Below are positions 59,224 to 64,000 of a DNA stretch of 64,000 nt, piece after piece. The notes under the pieces were generated by a model. That model was given only the letters and a program-made list of their open reading frames with translations, was not told the origin of the DNA and ran no database searches. Position numbers and translations under genes: made by a program. The stretch comes from Longimicrobiales bacterium (lineage in GTDB: Bacteria > Gemmatimonadota > Gemmatimonadetes > Longimicrobiales > Gaopeijiaceae): NCBI GenBank assembly GCA_965226375.1, contig CBDDCX010000008.1:288001-352000 (forward strand). The letters run 5' to 3'. How positions within the stretch are numbered: position 1 is the stretch's first letter; each line of letters starts with the position of its first letter.

Positions 59224-60558
59224 TCATTCCCTGGTAGCACGCTGCGGCCGCCGCCTCGGGTTGTTCATCGTCCTCGGGGTGTCCCACTCGAAGCGGTCGT
59301 CTCGCTTGTAGACCTTGCCGTCCTTCATGACGAAGTGGACTTCTCGCAGCGCGGCCACGTCACTCAGTGGATCGTCATTCACGGCGATGATGTCGGCCGC
59401 CAGGCCCGCCTTGAGAATGCCGCTGTTCACTCCGAGCAGGTCGGCGGAGTTCATCGTGAGCATCTGTAGGATGTACGAGGACGGGATGTCTGCATCCTTG
59501 TAGCTGTCCAGGAACTCCAGCGTGAGCTCCCCGCGGGTCCACCCGTCCCGGATGTAGACCACGTCGGTGCCGAACGCGATGGGCGTGCCGATGGAGTACG
59601 CGCGACGAATCCGATCGAGGCTTCTCGCATAACTCTCCGGGTTCCGCCGTGAAGCGGGGAAGTCGGTGCCGACCAGATACGTGCCCCGCTCGGCCATGAG
59701 GCGGAGCGTCTCGTCGCTCGGCCTGGAGCCGTGCTCGATGGACGCGACCCCGGCGAGGGTGGCGTTGCGGATGCCCTCGTCGCTGGTAGCGTGTGTCATG
59801 ATCTTGATGCCTACGTCACCGGCCTCCTCGACGGCCGCCCGGATGTCGTCCTCGGAGTAGAAGTAGGGCTGGTTGTCGACGATGAGCTTTATGAACGTGG
59901 CGCCGTAGTGGATGTTCTCCCGGATCGCCTTGCGGATCTCGTCTCGGGTGTCCGCATAGGTATACTCGGGGTTGCCGAGGCCGGGCTTCTCCGGCTGCAT
60001 CTGAAACTGGCCGCCGAAGGGTGCGATCATGATGCCCGCGGCCTTCATGTTGGGCCCCGGAATCCAGCCGCCCTCGATGGCTCGTCTGAGAGTCACGTCT
60101 CCGTAGAGCCCGTTATTACCTGCGTCGCGAACCCACGTAAAGCCGGTCTCCAGCATGTTGCGGGCTTGCATGGTTCCCTGCGCCACACGGAAGGCCGTGG
60201 TCTCGATCAGGCTTGTGTAGTAGTAGGAGCCGTAGTCGTTGATGTCGGCACCGGGCATTTCGGTGAGGGCCAGATGGGTATGCACGTCCATCATCCCGGG
60301 CAGGACGTACGAGTCCGAGAGGTCGATCACCTCGGCCCCCGAGGGGATGCCGACGTTCGGCCCGACCTCCTGGATGATGCCGTCCTGGACCAGGATAATC
60401 TGGTTCGCGACCACCTGGCCGTTCTCCACGTCGATCATGTTGCCGGCACGGATGGCGATGGTCTGGGCTGAAGCCGAGACGACTGGTCCGAAGAGGAGAA
60501 GGAAGAGGCCGCACGCGGCCGTGTGAAACGAAGCGAGGTCCAAGCGCACTCGACTCAT
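59224..60558 (-). CDS. Secreted amidohydrolase (prolidase/imidazolonepropionase-like)
   Basis: PGMMDVHTHL, GFTWVRD, IK, HA, SIEHG and FGTD motifs. Confidence 0.88.
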   Translation of the reverse strand: MSRVRLDLASFHTAACGLFLLLFGPVVSASAQTIAIRAGNMIDVENGQVVANQIILVQDGIIQEVGPNVGIPSGAEVIDLSDSYVLPGMMDVHTHLALTEMPGADINDYGSYYYTSLIETTAFRVAQGTMQARNMLETGFTWVRDAGNNGLYGDVTLRRAIEGGWIPGPNMKAAGIMIAPFGGQFQMQPEKPGLGNPEYTYADTRDEIRKAIRENIHYGATFIKLIVDNQPYFYSEDDIRAAVEEAGDVGIKIMTHATSDEGIRNATLAGVASIEHGSRPSDETLRLMAERGTYLVGTDFPASRRNPESYARSLDRIRRAYSIGTPIAFGTDVVYIRDGWTRGELTLEFLDSYKDADIPSSYILQMLTMNSADLLGVNSGILKAGLAADIIAVNDDPLSDVAALREVHFVMKDGKVYKRDDRFEWDTPRTMNNPRRRPQRATRE

Positions 60559-60609
60559 GAGATGTCCTCCGGTGGAGGGTTGATGCACGGCTGGGGTAGG
60601 TGATCCACC

Positions 60610-62988
60610 TCAGCCCCCCGGTGTCAGCAGCAGGCGGTACTCGGCGACGGCCTCGACGGCCTCGCGGCTGAACGACAGCGGGAAGTACTCCTGGTTTGCC
60701 CAGCTCTCCGTGAGGTTGCCGTAGAACGGACTACCGGGACGTTCCGATTGTCCGGGTGCGTTCGTGCCTACCGATCCATCGAGATTCGAGAAGTCGATGA
60801 CCTCGCGGAACGTGGCTCCCACGGCCGCTACCGTGCCGGCACCACCCGTCCGCTCCGCGGCGGGCAGGTCGTATGCGGACACGAGCGGGTGGGGGAACTC
60901 GCTCCGGTTGGTGCGCCCCCAACGCCATTCGGACGGGTCGTCACCCTGCTCCTCACGCAGCATCCGGAGCGCGGTCGCGAGCACATACTCCGGATCGATC
61001 TCTGGCTCCGGATCGACCTCCGGGCCAGCCGTTCGCTGTCCGAAGCCGAGGTCTCCCAGCGCTCTACGAGCATGGCCGAAGAGGGCCGCGGCGCGGTCCT
61101 CTCGCCTGTAGACTCCGTCCCACGCGGTCAGCTCTCGTCTATAACGCTCGAGTTGCGGATCCTCGGCGGTCCACCCGCGGAACATCTCCAGCAACTCGGC
61201 CGCGGACGCCGAGAACGCGTCGTGCTGCAGGTCCTTGGAGTCCTGCACCGTGACTGCGTTCCCACTCGAAAGAACCTCGGATACGCGCTCGAAGCGCGGG
61301 AAGGTACCCTGGGTCTTGAAGTAGAGCGGTGGGTCGTAGCCCGGCGGATGGATGTCGTGATTGGCGGTTCCGACCCAGCCGCGCTCGGGGTTCAGCTCCC
61401 GAGGAAGGTCGTCCCTGAAGCCCCGCCACTCATACTCGCCCGTGCCCGGCACCGGCAGCCTCCCGTGCCATCCGTCCCTGCGGGGGGAGAGAGCTGAGGC
61501 CTGCCACGCGATGTTTCCTGATGCGTCGCCGCAGACCATGTTTTCCGTTGGCGCGAACCAGTAGTCCAGCGCCTCCAGGAACTCGATGCAGTCCGCCGCC
61601 ACATTGAGCCGCAGCGCGGCGAGGTAGCCGGTGCTGCCCGGCTCGTGCATGGTCGAGCGCATGGCGTACATCAGGTTATTCTCCGCGTCCTCGTAGAAGA
61701 TGGGCCCGTGGCGCGAGAACTTGAGTTCGACGACCTCCGTCTCGCCGCCGCGGATGTGGATGGTGTCGTACTCGATTCTGAGCGATTCCCACGCGCCTCC
61801 GAAGCGGACTTGGTTCGGGTCATCCGGGTTGACCTCTTCGACGTAGACATCGGACTGGTCGGTGCCGACGATCGTGAGACCCCAGGCGATCTGCCCGTTG
61901 TGACCGATCGCCACACCCGGTAGAACCGGCTCCGTGGAGCCGATCGCAGCCCAGCCGGGAGCGTCGAGGTGCACCAGGTACCTGAGCGAGGGATTGGTGA
62001 CCCCACGGTGCGGATCGTTTGCGACGATCACCTGACCGCTCGCGGTGCGCGAGCCGCTGATCGCCCAATTGTTGCTTCCGGGCGACGTCTCCCGCACTCC
62101 GAGATTCAGGGAGACCCGCGCGTCCAGCCACGTGTCGAAGGGAGGTACCAGCTCGGGCCTGACGATGGTGCCCTGAAAGCCCTGGAGACCGGAGGCGACC
62201 GCGCCGTCGATGATCGAGTAGTCTACCCGCTCGGGGACTACCAAGTCCCGGTACGGTGTCGTGCGCGCCTGCCGATTGGCCTCCTCTGCCCCCATCTCGA
62301 CCACATTCCGAGCGAGCTGGAGCTCGCGTCTGATGTCTCGCGTGGGCATCGCGGTCGCGATCCGGAGCAGCGGAGTCTCGACGCTCCACGGGTCAGGGTG
62401 GAGGCCAGTCAACTCGAACTCGACGGGTAGCTCACCCGTCGCCTCGGCATGCTCTATGTAGGCGTTTACTCCGGACGAGAATGCCTCGAGGATGCGGCGG
62501 CCTTCCGGGTGGTAGCTGCCGAACTCCTCGTCGGTCCATGGCCCCCGGTACTTGATGAGCCTCGCCAGCCGGTCATGCTCCAGAGCTTCGGCACCCAAGA
62601 TCTCCGCCAGCCGACCCTCTCCGGCGCGCCTGTACATGTCCATCTGCCAAAGACGATCCTGCGCTTGGACGAAGCCCTGGGCGAAGAAGAGGTCGTCGAT
62701 GTTGTCCGCGTAGATGTGGGGGACGCCCCAGGGATCCCGGATCACTTCCACCTCTGCTCGAAGGCCCGGGACCGATATCGTCCCCTCGATCTGCGGGAGA
62801 TGCGATTGTGCCAGGTCCGCGAAGTTGCTTGGCGGCGACTCGCAGGCGGTTGGCGCGAGGATCACGCAGGTCATGAGGAGAACTCGCGCCGCGGCGGTCA
62901 CGTGGGTCGGGAGTGCGGCCACGCCCGTGACGGGCCCCCGCCTCGCTCGTGAGCCTCGGTTCGCTTGCTGCGGTCGAGACGTGCGCAT
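60610..62988 (-). CDS. Penicillin acylase family (Ntn hydrolase)
   Basis: RDPWGVPHIYA, AQDRLWQ, GSNNW (nucleophile Ser) and ANDPH motifs. Confidence 0.93.
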   Translation of the reverse strand: MRTSRPQQANRGSRARRGPVTGVAALPTHVTAAARVLLMTCVILAPTACESPPSNFADLAQSHLPQIEGTISVPGLRAEVEVIRDPWGVPHIYADNIDDLFFAQGFVQAQDRLWQMDMYRRAGEGRLAEILGAEALEHDRLARLIKYRGPWTDEEFGSYHPEGRRILEAFSSGVNAYIEHAEATGELPVEFELTGLHPDPWSVETPLLRIATAMPTRDIRRELQLARNVVEMGAEEANRQARTTPYRDLVVPERVDYSIIDGAVASGLQGFQGTIVRPELVPPFDTWLDARVSLNLGVRETSPGSNNWAISGSRTASGQVIVANDPHRGVTNPSLRYLVHLDAPGWAAIGSTEPVLPGVAIGHNGQIAWGLTIVGTDQSDVYVEEVNPDDPNQVRFGGAWESLRIEYDTIHIRGGETEVVELKFSRHGPIFYEDAENNLMYAMRSTMHEPGSTGYLAALRLNVAADCIEFLEALDYWFAPTENMVCGDASGNIAWQASALSPRRDGWHGRLPVPGTGEYEWRGFRDDLPRELNPERGWVGTANHDIHPPGYDPPLYFKTQGTFPRFERVSEVLSSGNAVTVQDSKDLQHDAFSASAAELLEMFRGWTAEDPQLERYRRELTAWDGVYRREDRAAALFGHARRALGDLGFGQRTAGPEVDPEPEIDPEYVLATALRMLREEQGDDPSEWRWGRTNRSEFPHPLVSAYDLPAAERTGGAGTVAAVGATFREVIDFSNLDGSVGTNAPGQSERPGSPFYGNLTESWANQEYFPLSFSREAVEAVAEYRLLLTPGG

Positions 62989-63028
62989 GTCGACTCCCAG
63001 GAGTGTCTGGTCATGCTCATAGGATTGG

Positions 63029-64000
63029 TCACGGCAGCGCGAACACCAGGATGTCGGCTCCGCCGGCGATCGCCAAGAACTGCTGGCCATCTGCCATATA
63101 GGTCATGGGTGAGGCTTTCCAGCGCTGATTGGCCTGGAAACGCCAGAGTGGACGGCCGTCGGCCGCGTCGGCGGCAGCGAAGGCTCCACTGTCATCCCCG
63201 TAGAACACGAGTCCGCCCGCGGTGCTGAGCACACCGCCCCAGCTGTTGGCGGGTCCGGCCTGTGGGATCTCCCAGACGATGTCGCCGGTGTCGAGGTCGA
63301 GGGCGCGCAGGTACTTCTTGCCCGGTTCGCCCGGGACCCGCCGAGTGGAGCCGCCATAGAACGACTCGCCCTCCCTCCACCAGTCGTCCGACTTCGTGTA
63401 GATATTGCACTTCTCCAGCGCCATCACGTAGAACAGGCCGGTGGCGGCGCTGAACGCACTCGACATCCAGTTGGTCGCTCCCTCGATGGCGGGGCACGCC
63501 TCGACACCGTCGACACTGGGTTCGGCCTCGGGGATGAGCACTGGGCGTCCGTCTGCGCCGATACCGCTCGCCCAGGTGAGGTTCTCCACGAAGGGCTCGG
63601 CCAGCAGGAGCTCGCCGGTCAGGCGGTCCAGCACGTAGAAGAAGCCGTTGCGGCTGGCCTGCGCGAGCAGCTTCCGCTCCACACCGTCGAACGGCGCGTT
63701 GATCAGCATGGCCGTCTGCTGGGCGTCCCAATCGTGCACGTCGTGGGGTGTGTACTGAAAGTGCCATTCGAGAGCCCCGTCATCCGGGTCGAGGGCCAGC
63801 ACGGAGTTGGAGTACAGGTTGTCCCCCAGGCGCTCGTCGCCGTTGAAGTCGGGGCAGGGGTTGCCGGTGGTCCAGTATAGGAGGTCGGCCTCGGGATCGT
63901 AGGTGCCAGTGAGCCAGGCAGCCCCGCAAGGGTGCTCCAGGGCCCGACCAACCCAAGTCTCGGAGAGCGGCTCGCCGGGGAGCGGCACCGTCCAGAAGCG
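63029..64000 (-). CDS. PQQ-dependent dehydrogenase, C-terminal part (5' end outside the window)
   Basis: WHFQYTPHDVHDWD, RNGFFYVLDR, GATNW and GGVLSTAGGLVF motifs. Confidence 0.9.
   Translation of the reverse strand, partial: RFWTVPLPGEPLSETWVGRALEHPCGAAWLTGTYDPEADLLYWTTGNPCPDFNGDERLGDNLYSNSVLALDPDDGALEWHFQYTPHDVHDWDAQQTAMLINAPFDGVERKLLAQASRNGFFYVLDRLTGELLLAEPFVENLTWASGIGADGRPVLIPEAEPSVDGVEACPAIEGATNWMSSAFSAATGLFYVMALEKCNIYTKSDDWWREGESFYGGSTRRVPGEPGKKYLRALDLDTGDIVWEIPQAGPANSWGGVLSTAGGLVFYGDDSGAFAAADAADGRPLWRFQANQRWKASPMTYMADGQQFLAIAGGADILVFALP

Noticed and set aside
1..64000. CRISPR arrays, tRNA/rRNA, prophage, integrase or defence systems
   Set aside because: No regularly spaced repeats, RNA-gene signatures or hallmark proteins were recognised by eye; small ncRNAs cannot be excluded without a covariance-model search.

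Overview
High-GC bacterial DNA with no rRNA, tRNA or CRISPR detected. The flanks (1-22.6 kb and 56.4-64 kb) are dense in secreted hydrolase genes: an M16 peptidase pair, DUF5916/CBM9, an amidase, three LVIVD-type beta-propellers, amidohydrolases, an OprO/P porin, an M19 dipeptidase, an NHL protein, a penicillin acylase and a PQQ dehydrogenase. This content is reminiscent of Gemmatimonadota (inference only). The centre (22.7-56.4 kb) is a rearranged accessory region bracketed by inverted, near-identical aryl-sulfate sulfotransferase (ASST) genes. It contains: (i) a tandem ASST/class-III aminotransferase duplication, with one ASST hit by an IS1595 element; (ii) an operon of amino-acid ABC transporter, arylsulfatase, aromatic amino-acid decarboxylase, MBL hydrolase, aminotransferase and ASST; (iii) a divergent operon of SDR, 3-hydroxyacyl-CoA-dehydrogenase-like enzyme, twin cyclases, IclR, cupin and ALDH, whose family make-up matches phloroglucinol-type reductive ring cleavage; (iv) a frameshifted DUF1185/FAH/VOC/PanE/flavin monooxygenase operon; and (v) an AT-richer patch with an ASST::DUF885 chimera and an OsmC gene, each split by the same 1350-bp IS3 element, followed by ISL3 and glycosyltransferase remnants. 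An anSME remnant lies just outside, at 57.7 kb. The most interesting candidate is a co-regulated catabolic island for sulfated aromatic amines and polyphenols. All functional calls come from motif recognition by eye; no database search was run.
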